From Octopus vulgaris (taxonomy: Eukaryota), in assembly GCA_951406725.2 (NCBI GenBank), contig OX597815.1:55180001-55244000 (forward strand): 64,000 nt of DNA, read 5' to 3'. The notes below the pieces were generated by a model. It worked only from the letters and a program-made list of their open reading frames with translations, ran no database searches and had not been told where the DNA came from. Shown one piece after another: positions 11,739-24,609 of the stretch (positions within the stretch are counted from its first letter, which is position 1; every line of letters begins with the position of its first letter). The position numbers and the translations under genes were made by a program.

Positions 11739-14460
11739 GATCGCTGGAAATCTATCAGGTCCAGCAGCTGAGTTTGTGTCAATCTCATCTATGGCCAGTG
11801 TGATATCATCATCTTCAATGTTGATGTACTCAATTTTTGCCTCTTTGGCCACAGGTAAAGTCGCAAAGAATTCTTCTGGGTTGTTTACTTGCCTGTGTCC
11901 TAGAGGTGTAGTGAACACATTTTGGAACTGTTCGTTCAGTATTTCACTTATCCTCGTGGGATTTTCTGTGAGCCATCTTTTTGGAAAAGAGGTCATATTC
12001 TCTGGCGCACTGTGGCTGTCTCTTTGGCAAACTTAAAGAAAGCTTTCGGGTTTGACTTTATATTTTCTATTATCCAAGCTTCTTTATCTGCTCTCTCTTT
12101 TTCATGAGACTGATGCATACTTTTCTCAATTTCCTTTAGCATTCTCTTGAGCCGAGACTTCTCACCACTTTTGGTGTGCTTGCTCAGGCGGTTCGCAATC
12201 CTTGTCCGTCGTCTCATAAGAATCTTCCTTTCTCTAGGGATCCTGTTTTTGTGTGCTGGCCCTGCACGCTGGAACATATTTGTCACATTTAGCTTGTATT
12301 ATGAACATGAAGCGTTTGTGTTTCATGTCAATGTCTGGTGTGGAGAGACATTTAGGCCAATCCTGTTTGAGGATCTCTTTCTCGATCAACTTCCAATTTG
12401 CTTTATGAAAGTTTAAGTTGGAGAGATTGTGGATGCTTCATATAGGCTGTGTGTCTGCGGGGCTTTTGGTCCATATATAGACAGCTCTATTATGTTGTGA
12501 TCCGAGATCATTGTCGGCATCACTTTAACATTATGGATAATATCCATATTGTTTGTGAAGCAGAGATCCAGTATATTATTTGCCCTGGTTGGTTGCAGCA
12601 CTATTTGCTCCATGAAAGAGGCATTTGTGAGATGGAGCAGGGACTCTGCCTGTGCCTGCTGATGGTGTGTCATCCCTGGGAGCATCTGCCCACCTCCCCG
12701 GCCATTCCACATTGGGGAAGTTAAAGTCACCCATGAAGAATACACTGTTGTGTTGTTCCAGGTTGGTGAGAACTTCTCCTAATTTTGTTAGGCAGTCTTC
12801 AAACATGCCTGTGTGATTTGGGGCATCCAGTGGGCGATATGGAGTACATATGACGATATTCAGTTGTCTTATGTGTACAATTTGAGTGTCACACACTGAG
12901 TTTGAATATGGCATCAGGACCAGGGGCATGAGGTCATCTCGGATGTACATTGCAACTCCACAATCTGAGCGTATGACAACATATTGCGGTATTTTTAATT
13001 CTTCATCCCCTATATCAGGTCCAAGATGCATTTCTATGAGTGCCATGCATATAGCTTGATTGCATGCCGCAAAGTCTCTCAGGAATGAGATTTTCCTTTT
13101 ATAGTTGCTGCGCAGCAGCCCTCCTACGTTCAATAGAAATATTTTTGTGGTGTGTGTGTTGGTGTCTGTGGTAGCCATCCTGCATCTGTTGGTGGTGGCC
13201 TTATGTGGTGGTAGTTCTAGCTTTGTGTTTGTAACCAGGTCAGCTACTGGACAATTTTGTGTGCCATGCACAAAAAAGATTGCTGTTCAGCTGCTGCCCT
13301 TCTCACATCTGGGTGAAGCTGGCCATTTGTTGGCCTATGCAGTATCTTTTTTGGACCGCGCACTACATCTGCATATCGTCTTTTAGGAATAGTCCGTGTG
13401 CCATTTTTCCTTCTTCTATATTTTTCTTTTTCCTTTTGTTCTCCCCTAGGGAGGGATTTTTGTCTTGTGTCCATGCGGTTTTGGCAGGGCTTCTGATGTG
13501 CAAAACGACAGTTTGCACCTTCGACCCCATGCTAGCAGTCTCCCTTCAGGTAGAATTTGCAGATGTTTCTGATTTTGCCCTTGTAGCTCTTGCTGGGGTT
13601 CTTCTGTTTTTTTCTGATCAGTGTTTGTTTTAGTTTTCTTGTCTTTTACCTCTTGTTTTCCATCGATTTTTGGGTGCTTTCCTTTTTTGTGGCCTTTTTT
13701 GTGGTCTTCAGTTGTGTTGGGAGCTGGACATGTGCCATTGTTTCCCTTGGTTGCAGGTCTCTCAGTTGTATCTTTTGTTGGGTCCTGGATGCTTTCTCCA
13801 TCCTTTTGGTTGCAGTCACCTCCCAGGATGATGTTCAGTGTGTCCATGTGTTGCCTGATTAAAGCATATGAACGGAGGAATTCGCGTTTCTTTCGCTCTA
13901 TCTGGGCGATGGTCCTGGAGAAATCATTGCTCTTAAGCGCCGCTGCTATGATAGTGTTTGGGGAATCACCCTCGGCCATCTTTCAGGCGCGGACAAACAA
14001 TTGCAACTCGTTTGCAGACCAGTTCCTTGACATCCTCGCTTGGGATACAGTGAGAGTGAAATAGAGGAACAGAGAGAGGAGGAAAGATAAGGTGGTTGAC
14101 CTGAGAGGGAGAGGAGAGAAGAGAAGGATAAAAGCTGGTGGTAGATCAGCCGGGGGGGGGGGAGAGAGAGAGACAAGGGGATTGACCTGAGAGGAGAGAG
14201 AAAGAATGGCAGATCAGCAGGGGGAGAGAGAGCGGGATAGAGGTGTGGTAGAGAGAAAGAAGTAAAGGGACCGGGAGGAAAAGAGAGACAAGGGATCGAC
14301 CTTAGGGGGAGCCGGGAGAAGAAAGGCAGAGAGAAAAATGGAGAGGGAGAGAGAGGGCGGGATAGAGGTGCAAGAGAGTGAAGTAAATGGACAGAGAGGG
14401 TGGTGTGGAGAAAGAAGGGGACAGAGAGAAAGACAAGGGGATGGACTTTAGAGGGAACTC
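11739..14460 (-). mobile_element. CR1/jockey-group LINE, 5' half: pyrimidine-rich 5' region, ORF1 with Cys/His finger, APE endonuclease, start of RT; degenerate
   Basis: ORFs 13446-13979, 12576-13271 (GDFNFP), 12413-12745 (NILDLCF, SDHN), 11993-12286, 11721-11996 (NEQFQNVFT, AAGPD). Confidence 0.85.
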
Positions 14461-14858
14461 TAGGGATGCTTGTTTGCAACTGAAATATCTCAGAAATAGT
14501 ATATTTTATCATAGCTTTTTTACATATTTATTTTCATACTTACCTTCGGTGGTGCAGTGCAAATTTTTGTGACATTTGAACCTCTATTCAAATGATTAAA
14601 CACAATTTTTTTTACATTCTTGACGAAAAAATACATGACTTCCACGACGTCAACACACTTACAGAATACACATACATATAATGAATGTCAAAAAGTGTCA
14701 ATCAACACAAACACAAGTCTACTATCTGTCTTCGTGCTCTCTAAAAAAAACCGTCGACTTTTTGACATACACAATATTTTCATCATTTAGAAAGACTTTT
14801 AACTGAATGTGATTTCAACATCCAGAGTTCGTTAATTTCCATAAAAATGTTTATTTAT

Positions 14859-15242
14859 TTACTTTTGTTTTAAAGTGAAAGAGAGGAGAAAGCGAAAGAT
14901 GTATGTACGTGTATATGAAACGGACGTGTGTGTGAAAGAGAGAAGGAAGAGAGAGGGAGTAAGAGAGAGAGAGAGGGAGAAAAAGAGAGAGTGAGCGATG
15001 GGGTATGTTGTCATGTATACGTATATACATCAATACATATGCGTAAATCTTTTTTGTATGTACATGTGCATGTGTATGTGTAGTGTGAGTGGGTGAACGT
15101 GTGCGTTTTCATGTATGTGTAAGTGGCACACATTCTTTCTCTTTCTCTCTCTCACACACACACATGCACACACACGTCCATTTCATATATACATTCATAC
15201 AGCTTTTACCTTCTCCTCTCTTTCACTTTAAAACAAAAGTAA
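14859..15242. repeat. Inverted repeat with ~75-bp arms (MITE-like)
   Basis: TTACTTTTGTTTTAAAGTGAAAGAGAGGAGAA at 14859 is the reverse complement of 15211-15242. Confidence 0.75.
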
Positions 15243-15389
15243 CAGGTGATTTTCTGGATAAAAATTATTTCCGATAAGTCCAGAAGTTAAGTTAGATATA
15301 TATACATGCATAAGTACTGTGAATTCTCATTCTACAAAAATGGCAAACAATTCCGTGAATACTTTACCGGGCAATGCAGAGTAGTTAGT

Positions 15390-15392
<3 letters not shown>

Positions 15393-15432
<40 letters not shown>

Positions 15433-15968
15433 TATGTGTAGGTGTGTAGGTAAATGGATATGGAGGTAAACGGATAGATTGATAGATAGATAGATACATG
15501 CATACATACATACATACATACATACGTACGTACATACATACATACATACATACATACATACATACATACATACATACATACATACATACATAGGTAATAT
15601 GGATAGACAAGCACATACATACATACATACATACATACATACATACATACATAGGTAATATGGATAGACAAGCACACATACACACATACATATACAAATG
15701 TAGACTGAAATACATGACCATATACACACACGCACACTTCACACACATACAAGGGCACATATGGAGACAAACATCCATACATAACAGATGCACGTACAGT
15801 CACTCCACCTCATACACATAGATACACTCAAACATGCACACACAAGGAGACAGAGGTACACACATAGATACGCACACATACATACAAACAGACACACACA
15901 CACAAACATGAATATGCAGAATACATACATACATACATACATACATACATACATACATACATACAAAT

Positions 15969-16012
<44 letters not shown>

Positions 16013-16290
16013 TGAAGGTACACATGCGGTGTCACAAGGCTTAGGAATTGTTGAAGGTTACTTACTGAACCCTCATTCATCGTCTTCGAGGAGAGAATCC
16101 ACCATATATAGGCATACACAACTCAAAACATGCACACACAAGGAAAAGAGGTAAACACACAAATACACAAACATGAACACACAAACACATTAATATGCAG
16201 AATACATAGATACATACATACATACATACATACATACATACATACATACATACATACATACATACATACATACATACATACATACATGTC
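15393..16290. repeat. Compound microsatellite block (GT)n, (GATA)n, (TACA)n, (CA)n with local duplications
   Basis: Read directly from the sequence. Confidence 0.95.
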
Positions 16291-16384
16291 TACATCTGGC
16301 AAAGATACCTACTGCCTTAATTGCTGCTATAGTGAGATTCACAAAGACATAGACAACTATTCTTACCCTTACAACTGAGAAGAG

Positions 16385-18100
16385 AATAATTGTTTCTATT
16401 TGTACTTCTTTTCATTTTGGCACTGAATCCATTATCGTTCCTACTGCAAAAAACAAGTGGTTACATTCTAGGTTCTTCAACTGCTAGAGATATCAATGTA
16501 ACTCATAATTTCTTTGTAGATGACCTGAAGATTTATGCTAAAAGTGTTAACAATGCCAAAAAACAACTGGAATTAATAACAACATTTTCAGCTGGTATTG
16601 GCATGGAATTTGGCCAGCAGAGATGTTCATATTTGGTTATAGAACGAGGAAAGTCAGTCCCCCAAACCCAAAATTTGTGCATCGACGATCTCTCTATCTT
16701 CCTCATTCCACACAAAAAATGTTGCAAGTACCTAGACATAGACGAAAATGTATCATATGGAGGCACTGTGAATAAAGATAGAGTGACCTGAGAACATTAC
16801 ACCAGACTTAGGAAAATGTGGCAGTCAGAACTCTCCTCTTACAACAAATCAATATCTCACAATGCATTTGCAGTAGCAGTGCTGTACCCAACATTTGAGA
16901 TACTTGATTGGGCTGCAGAGGAAATCCACTCCATAGATATCAAAACCCGCAAAATCCTGAAAACAACTGGGAACTTCCATAGAAACAATGATGTTGACAG
17001 GCTCTATCTAAGAAGAAATGAAGGTGGTAGAGGCGTGAGATCAGTGCAGGTGGTCTTCGAATGCCCTATCGTATCACTCAGGCAGCACCTGCTAAACAAC
17101 AGCAGCAAAAACAAATATATTAATGCAGTGCTGAAAGTGAAGTGAGGAATATTGTATGAGTTGTACGAGAAACACTCTCTTCCTGATGATCTATACAGCC
17201 CCAAAACAGCTGCACTCTCTTACCTCAGAGAAGACCTAGATGGAAAGCACTCAGCATACAAACAAAAAAAAAAAGACCATGCATGGATATGTTGTCCGAA
17301 AGCTTGAAGAAGACAGTAGAATTGACACAAAGCGCAGCCTCTCTTGGACACAAAATCACTACATCACATCTCACTTTGAAGGTTATGCTTTTACAATCCA
17401 GGAACAGGAGATTGCCACAAAGTACTTGGTGAACAAGAGAGAGTATGACGCTATGTCCATGTTTCATGTGATTAGCAGTTGTCCTAAAATGTTGTCATGG
17501 CACTAACTCCCTATGCGGCATAGTGTTGTTGCTAAAATAATTTACAATGCCATCCGCAAAAAAGACTGTCCTTAAATAAACTTAGAAAATACTTCTGCTA
17601 TGGAATATATTCATAAACACCAACACAAAGAATACTGGTGGAATATTCCCATCAAAACTTCTGTCAAATGTAAGTATAGTAGGCCGGATAGTGTTGTTTG
17701 AGATAGAGGGGTAAAAGTATGTACCATCATAATGGCTAACTGTCCTGTAGATATAAATATCTCTTTCAAAATCAAAGTAAAAGAGGATATCTATGGACAA
17801 CTGCTTTGAAACCTCCAGTTTCTATATCCAGATAATGAATTCATACCAATAATAATTGGAGCACTGGGTTTTATTAGTAAATGCATAATGAAGAATCTGG
17901 ATAAACTGGGATTTTCAGAAAGAGAAACTGACTGGTTGATTCGTACATTACAAGTGCAATCTGTGAGTGGAACAGTAAAATTATGCAAGACTTTTCTCAA
18001 GTTCCAAATTTGAATTTGTCTCTGTTAACTACATCCCAAAGATGGAGCCTTGTATCTTTGTTGGAAACCGGTTTCCTCCGCGGTGGAAGATTTATAATAA
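16385..18100 (+). mobile_element. RLE-class (R4/Dong-like) non-LTR retrotransposon, 5'-truncated and degenerate
   Basis: RT ALNPLS...FFVDDLK, DRLYLRRNEGGRG, IQEQEIATK, HVISSC...RH, RPD nuclease motif, C-terminal KLCKTFLKF. Confidence 0.8.
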
Positions 18101-18755
18101 TCAAAAAAATAGAAGAGATATACATATGTGTATCCACATGCACATTGATGCACACACATGCACACAAACAAAAAGAATGCAGCTCTGATAACAGACTATT
18201 TAAAAAAGTTGCAAGACGCAACGAAAATTTTAGAAAAAATAAATAAGTAAATGAGTGGAAATTGAACCGGTGAGTGTGTTAAGTAATAAGGCACAAAAAC
18301 AGAATAACTCTCCCTAGACACAAAATATTATTCAACACACGAATTCACATAAAGAATCTTGCAAACCAAATACAAAAGCGAAATGTGCTTGCGTGTGTGT
18401 GTGTGTGTGTGTCTGTGTGTCTGTATGTGTGCATGTGTGTATGTGCATATATATAAACCTTGAAGCCTATAGGCAACCACCTACTGGCAAAATAATGATA
18501 TGCTGTATAATCGAACCAAGCGAAACGGAGTTTATTGAGCAAGGTATCTTTTGAAAAGTCACCTGAGACACATCTGCATTGAAGGATGCACCATTACTAG
18601 TTGTACAGTATCTTAGTCGCGAGAGATGGTCGAAACTAACATTGTGATTAATAAAGAATCTCGTGAATTCCATTTTATGTTTCTTTTATTTGTTATATAT
18701 ATATGTATATATATATATTACATACACGCATACAAATATATATATTCAAGCATAG

Positions 18756-18808
<53 letters not shown>

Positions 18809-19159
18809 TGTGTGTGCGTGTGTGTGTGTGTGTAGACAGATTGATAGATTAGATTAGATAGATAGATAGCTATAGATATGAAAACCAGAATATTGCACAG
18901 GCAATAAGTATTGTTTTTAATATAGAGATTAATATATGTATTAGTATGCCTGTATCAGTTTGCATACACACGCTTACATTGCGTATGTGTCTAAAGACAT
19001 ATGTCGCTGTGTGTATATATGCCTGTGTAGACCTGTACATATAGTTATACATGTAAGTGTACAAAGGGTGCAAAATGTTGAGTCTAGTGAGAACTGCTCA
19101 AAAAGCATTCAATATCTGTTGATGTTCCACACAACTCTCTAACTGCAAGACTAATGTAC

Positions 19160-19485
19160 TGTAGAATTTCTTCCTCTTTGTTTTAAAAAATGTAGATATA
19201 AGGAAACAAGGAAAGCATCCGAACAATATATATAACTCTTTATTCAGGTATATGTGAAATGTACATTTGGTCAGTCAGCAACCACACAGCAAATCTAGAG
19301 TTAATCAAAACACGTCTACCGTGTTCAACGGCCGTGTCCCGAGTCCCCGACGCAAGTGAGGAACGCGACAGAACTTTTTCCGTCAGTCTTCAGAGCGCAT
19401 GTGCATGAGGGAACCTCTGCAAGCCTTCTAGAAGATTCCAACCTCGCACGCGCGCACTGAAGACTCTCAAGATGACGTCACTACA
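19160..19485 (-). mobile_element. Solo LTR related to the Gypsy LTR, with 4-bp TSD GTAC
   Basis: Right end TGACGTCACTACA is the reverse complement of the LTR start; shared GGAACCTTCT/GTTCCCTCATGCACATGCGC-like blocks; GTAC at 19156-19159 and 19486-19489. Confidence 0.88.
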
Positions 19486-19588
19486 GTACCTTAGCAAAGC
19501 ATGGAGAATAAGCACCATTCATATGAAGAAGCGGCTATGCATGATTCATTCTTAATGGAATCTTGAGAATAGTACTAATATTGTCAGG

Positions 19589-19664
19589 TTGTGTAGCTGA
19601 TACATCATGTCACGTTTTGAAGTTTATGATTTTCAAAACGTGACATGATGTATCAGCTACACAA
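19589..19664. repeat. Perfect 33-bp hairpin with 10-nt loop
   Basis: TTGTGTAGCTGATACATCATGTCACGTTTTGAA / TTCAAAACGTGACATGATGTATCAGCTACACAA. Confidence 0.95.
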
Positions 19665-21249
19665 GAGTTCAAGAGTACATGGTAGCTATAACACGACAGT
19701 TTAAAATGATTCCCTGATGCACTCAAATTCTTTAAATACGATAAAAATATCGATTAAGTCACATATGTGTGGAAGGTACTGCACAGGCATTAGCAGCTTT
19801 TCCAAAATGTTATCAAGATACTAACTTCTGATGTTGTATATTATTGTTACTAAAACAATATGCAGTACCATTCAATGGGATGCGAACATTTCTTTAAAAA
19901 AACCCAGAAGATTCATGGATAACAACTTAAAAATATATAGCTTCTCTACTCCTATAAATTTACATTGGTACATATAAACATTGGTAACATGCTTATATTA
20001 CAAAATATTTAAGTAGTAATCTCAAAAGCGGAAAATTCAATTGGCAAGCAGAGAAAATGTGTAAGACATTTCTAAAATACAACATGTAAATATTTAGTGG
20101 TGTTGTTTCCCTAACTTCGAGTGAAAAGCAGCATACAAAATTGCATACGTAGCAGAGTTGTATGTTCAGCAAACATGAGTACTGTACACAGAAACTATTT
20201 TCTATTAATTTTACCTTGGCTGTTCAACTTATAAACGTAATGCATTTAAACATGTATTTTATATTCAATGTTCAAGTTCATTTTATGATGGCTGAGAAGT
20301 CTGTAGTGGTTATATATAGTCAGTACCAGGTGTTGATGTGGCTGCGTGTATATTATTGCAAGAGTTCATATAGAGATGAATAAATTTACTATATAAAAAT
20401 ATTTTTTATTTACTGGTCGATGATGATATATAATCAAAATGTAGAATCTAGTTGAATGAAGTAATCTATGCAAGGAAGTTCAGATATAGGAAATATAGAA
20501 ATAACAGCTAAATGGTGGCTTTCAGTCAGCTGGCGTAGAGAAATAGACGGACATAGCAATAACGTGAATGGCTTTAAGTCTAATTGACAACGAAGCAAAG
20601 AACAGGGTTAGCAAGCTGTTTTTGTTTATGGAACGGTAGACGTTCTAGAAACTTCCAAGGGGAAACGCTAAGCTTCTTGAATAATTAAGAATCACGTCTC
20701 ATGACACAGATACTTCGAGAAAGTTAGAAAGGGAGGTTACTCTATAATCTTTCTTGCAAGGGAGATCATTCAACTATCTAGCTACCACTACATCTCCTTT
20801 GGCCATGCTAATGAAAAGGAAATGTATAGATAACTAGACAGACATATTAGCTGAATAATTGGTGATAGAAATATTTTGAAAGAGTGAGATTTAAAAGCAA
20901 AAAAGGTCAATATACATTTTAAGACCCGGACACGAAAATAAAAAAAAAATAATAAAACACCCAACTAGGTGTAAAAAATGTATAGAAAACGAATATGAAA
21001 ACAAAGATTTTCGCAAACGAACGGGTGGGATAGGATAGGACTTTCGGAAAATTCACAAAATCCGAATTTTCCCTCATAACTTTCAGAAAAATGAATATAT
21101 ATCAGTGCAATTTTACAGAAACACCTTTTAAACAGCACAGATCATGATTATAAAGAAATTTATCGGGAAAGTGTTTTCCGAAGGTGTGGGGAGGGGACTG
21201 TCGGAAAATTCACACGATTCGTTTTTAACCTTCATAACTTTCAGGATCT

Positions 21250-23050
21250 AGTTTAGCACCCGGTCACCAAAACGAAAAAAAAGCGGATCCGTTTCAAGAA
21301 GAAGATCAAGAAACTTCCTGAGAAAAATTAAAAGTGGAACTGCAGATTTACCTGGGTGCCAGGTTTTCTTTCTCATCCCAGTTACGAAAAAACCAGATAT
21401 TTTGATGTGGTGAGAAAGAAAGAAAGTTGTAATTATAGTCGAGCTAACGATTCCTCATGAAGATAATATGGACGCCGCTCGGGTTCGAAAATTGAACCGT
21501 TATGAAAACCTCCTCGAGGAATGTGAAGACTCAGGCTGAAAAGCGTAACATTTTCCTATCGAAGTCGTGAGGCGTTCTATCTGCTGCCAGAAGCCGTTGA
21601 ATGGAGGACTGGGGATGCCTTGGCTGTTGATGCGCAAACATGCGCTGAGGTTGAGGCATCTCTGGCTACTCCTGAATGGTGAACAGGTGTGGTCTCCACT
21701 CGCGGAACGGATGTTTCCCAGGTTCACTAGTTTTAGTGGACAAGAAAGTTGGTTCCTTCGTAGATCGATGTTGGGTACATGGTTTACGGAATGCCGTAAA
21801 GCACTCCTACAGTTCCATCGCTCGGGTAATGCTAGCGGTTTTGGTACCACCACATTTTTCTATAGCAGGTTGGTAGAGGCTGGGAACGACGATACTCTAG
21901 AGGAGACCCTAGGTCTCGGCGATAACCAGTTAGACAGTCTGTTCCGAAGGACGTTCGGGCCGGGGTGTTTGGATAATTTCCAAAAATCCCTGGCCTGGCA
22001 ATGTTACCGAGGAGCCTTACCCGTTCGGGATAAGCTCGCAAGACACGGTCGAACTACCACTGCCGACTGTCCAAGATGCGGGCGGGATAGGGAATCTGTC
22101 CTGCACGCTATTGTTCAGTGTCCGGGAGTGTCTGTAGTGTGGATTTAAGCAGAACATCTGCTGTCAGGTTCGGGAAGAGTACAGTTGTCGTCTGAGTCAA
22201 TCGTAAAAATTGACCCGCCGGATTTCCTCACGAAAGAAGGTAAGCAATGTTTTCTCGCAGTAGTATCAATAGTGAAAGAGGTGGTATGGAAGTCGTGAAT
22301 GAAAGGTTTGGCGACAGGCTCCGGTTTCGGGTTGGTGAGATATTTTATCTTCCACCTTAAAAGGAAGGTGAGGCTGGAAAGAAGGTGCCTGTCAAAGAAA
22401 ATGTTCAAAGAAAGATGGTTGCATGTTGCGAGGGTACTGGGAATAAAAGATTCCTCGTGAACATGTCATAAGTCTGAATACAAAAATTTCAGTAGGAGAA
22501 TGGGGCTCGTGGGGTCGGAGCGTAAGCCATCTCTCTGCTTCATCTCATGTTTGTATTTCGTCCTTGTTGTATCTCATTCGATTTCATTATATTTTGTAAA
22601 ATTTTAAAAGTCATATAATCATTGTGTGTCTGACCCCAATCAGGCTGTATTGTCCCCCTCTATGTTTGGGCCCTTGTGGCTAATAAAGAAATTGGATGTA
22701 GAGGGTTTGTTGGACACAGCGTGAGACGACTGTCGTTATCGCTAGGCCTAACTCATCGTAAAGTCAATACCACCATGACTGATATCCAATGTACAGTGGA
22801 GAAGGCTAGCCACTGGATTTGGTTAAAAAGAGACGATGAGCGATGGCTAGAAGTATATTGATTTAACTTCATAACCAGCTGATCTAGCAAGCGGGGCCTC
22901 ATATCAGTGAGTGGGGGCCGGTGCGCATTGATGCCGTCGAGAGGTAGGCCCCGAAACGGCACGCATTCTCTCCTGATGACCCCATACACTTGCTAGCTTC
23001 CGGTATACGGAGCTTTTAACTGGTAGCACTTACATGTGCAAGTTGTTTGC
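21250..23050 (+). mobile_element. RLE-class (HERO-like) LINE 3' fragment, split by a Tx1 insertion
   Basis: KPDILMW...VELTIPHEDN...RKLNRYE...FPIEV | GCRGF...EKASHWIWLKR. Confidence 0.8.
21567..22693 (+). mobile_element. Tx1/L1-clade LINE, 5'-truncated copy
   Basis: Near-identical to 27043-28174; CPRC...H...C finger; ends AATAAAGAAATT. Confidence 0.92.
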
Positions 23051-24139
23051 AAGACATCATAGGTGTAAAAAACGTGTAGTAAACGAATATGAAAACAAAA
23101 GTTTGCGCAAACAAACGAGACGTGGGTAGGGGAGAGGACTTTCGGAAAATTCATACGATCCGATTTTTCTCCTCATAACTTTCAGGAAAATGGATATCTT
23201 TTAGTGAAATTTTACAGAAGCACCTTTCAAACAGCATAGATTACGATTGTAAAGAAATTTGTTGGGGAAATGTTTTCCGAATGGGTGGAGAGAGGACATT
23301 GAAACAAGGATTCGAAAATGCCTCACTCTAACAATTTTGAAGATAGCACCTAGAGAAAATACACACACAAAATACTGAAAGACTTTGGAGGGACATAAAA
23401 GAACGAATCAAAAAGCCACGAATTCGATCAAAATATCTGCAACAATATCTTGCAAGATATTTATTTATAACTTCTCAACATGAAGAAAGTATGTTGCACA
23501 AGTTCTTCATGGAGGCAGCCAAGTTATACCTTCTTCTCTCGAATCGTTGCCGTCAAATAATTACCAACCAAGACGAAAGTATGTACAACAAATTTTTGTT
23601 TTCATATTCGTTTTCTACACAGTTTTTAACACCTACTAGGCTGATTTCTATTTTTTTTTCTCGACCGGTCTTAAACTGTATATTGACCAAAAAAATACAG
23701 AGTGAATCAAATAGTGAATCAGAGCAGAAAATGAAAGTATTACCTTACCTGCAGCATTAAGAAATGCCTCTTGGTTGGGGACTTCTTCATCAATTTGTTC
23801 CCATTTTCCAACAAACTTTTCCATCTTAGATTTGTGTTATGAGAAAACACACCCACTTTAATCGCTCGAAAGTTTTGCTTCTTTCAACGATATGCTAACA
23901 CTTATATAGAATTTATAAAAGAAGAGAGTAGAGGTTATACATGGGTGGATAAGTTCCTGGAATGTTGCCCGATAAAGTGTTTTCACAAACCGGATTGAAA
24001 TTATATTTAGATCAGTAAAAATATAAAGAAATAAAACAAGGCATCGTACACAAGCATAACATTTATTTATATGTATGCGTATGTGTACATAAATGCCTGA
24101 ATAGTGGATTGATGGACGCTGGACGGTTGATGGGCGCGA

Positions 24140-24295
24140 GCTGGCAGAGTTATGGAGGCGTTGGACAAGTTTTGCGCTATTTGATCTGGCTCCCTGCGTC
24201 CTGAATTCAAATTCCGCAGCAGTTCAACTTTGCTTTTCATCCTTTCCAGGTCAATAAATAAAATGCTAGGTCAGTGCCGGAGTCGATACTTCCCC
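24140..24295 (+). mobile_element. tRNA-derived SINE fragment
   Basis: GAGCTGGCAGAG head, B-box-like GAATTCAAATTC, and a TTTGCTTTTCATCCTT core shared with 28300-28500, 39610-39735 and 58250-58425. Confidence 0.6.
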
Positions 24296-24609
24296 TACAC
24301 ACATACACATCACCTCTCCCTTTTTCTCTCTCTCTCTTTCTCTCTCTCACTCTCTTTCTCTCTCACACTCTCTTTTCTTTCTCTCTCTTTGGAAGATATT
24401 GGCTCTATTTAAACCTAGTGAGTTCTTGGATTCACCAGATTTAAAATATCGCGACAAGCTGCATATTACGACGGCGTTCCTAATGACATTGAGTAGATAA
24501 GACCGATAAGAAACCCCTTCCTCTCTCAATATCTAATATCTCTATGTAACGGTTGTAAGATGAATAGTAGATGTTGGGTAACCAGAATGCGGTGGATGCT
24601 GTATGATCG

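Larger units (their letters stand above)
20923..23670 (+). mobile_element. Composite of non-autonomous DNA transposon pieces with a Merlin/ISXO2-like transposase C-terminal remnant (~23310-23530), interrupted by LINEs
   Basis: THTQNTERLWRDIKE...KYLQQYLARYLF; 20970-21245 recurs at 23062-23298 and 59190-59520. Confidence 0.6.

Noticed and set aside
15332-16378. Many Cys/Val/Tyr/Met- or His/Thr-rich ORFs (also 29600-30400, 43800-44300, 48250-48620, 51000-51350)
   Set aside because: Translations of microsatellites
22945-22990. CGAAAC...CTGATGA in the HERO-like 3' UTR as a hammerhead
   Set aside because: The flanking segments are not complementary, so there is no stem II or cleavage helix
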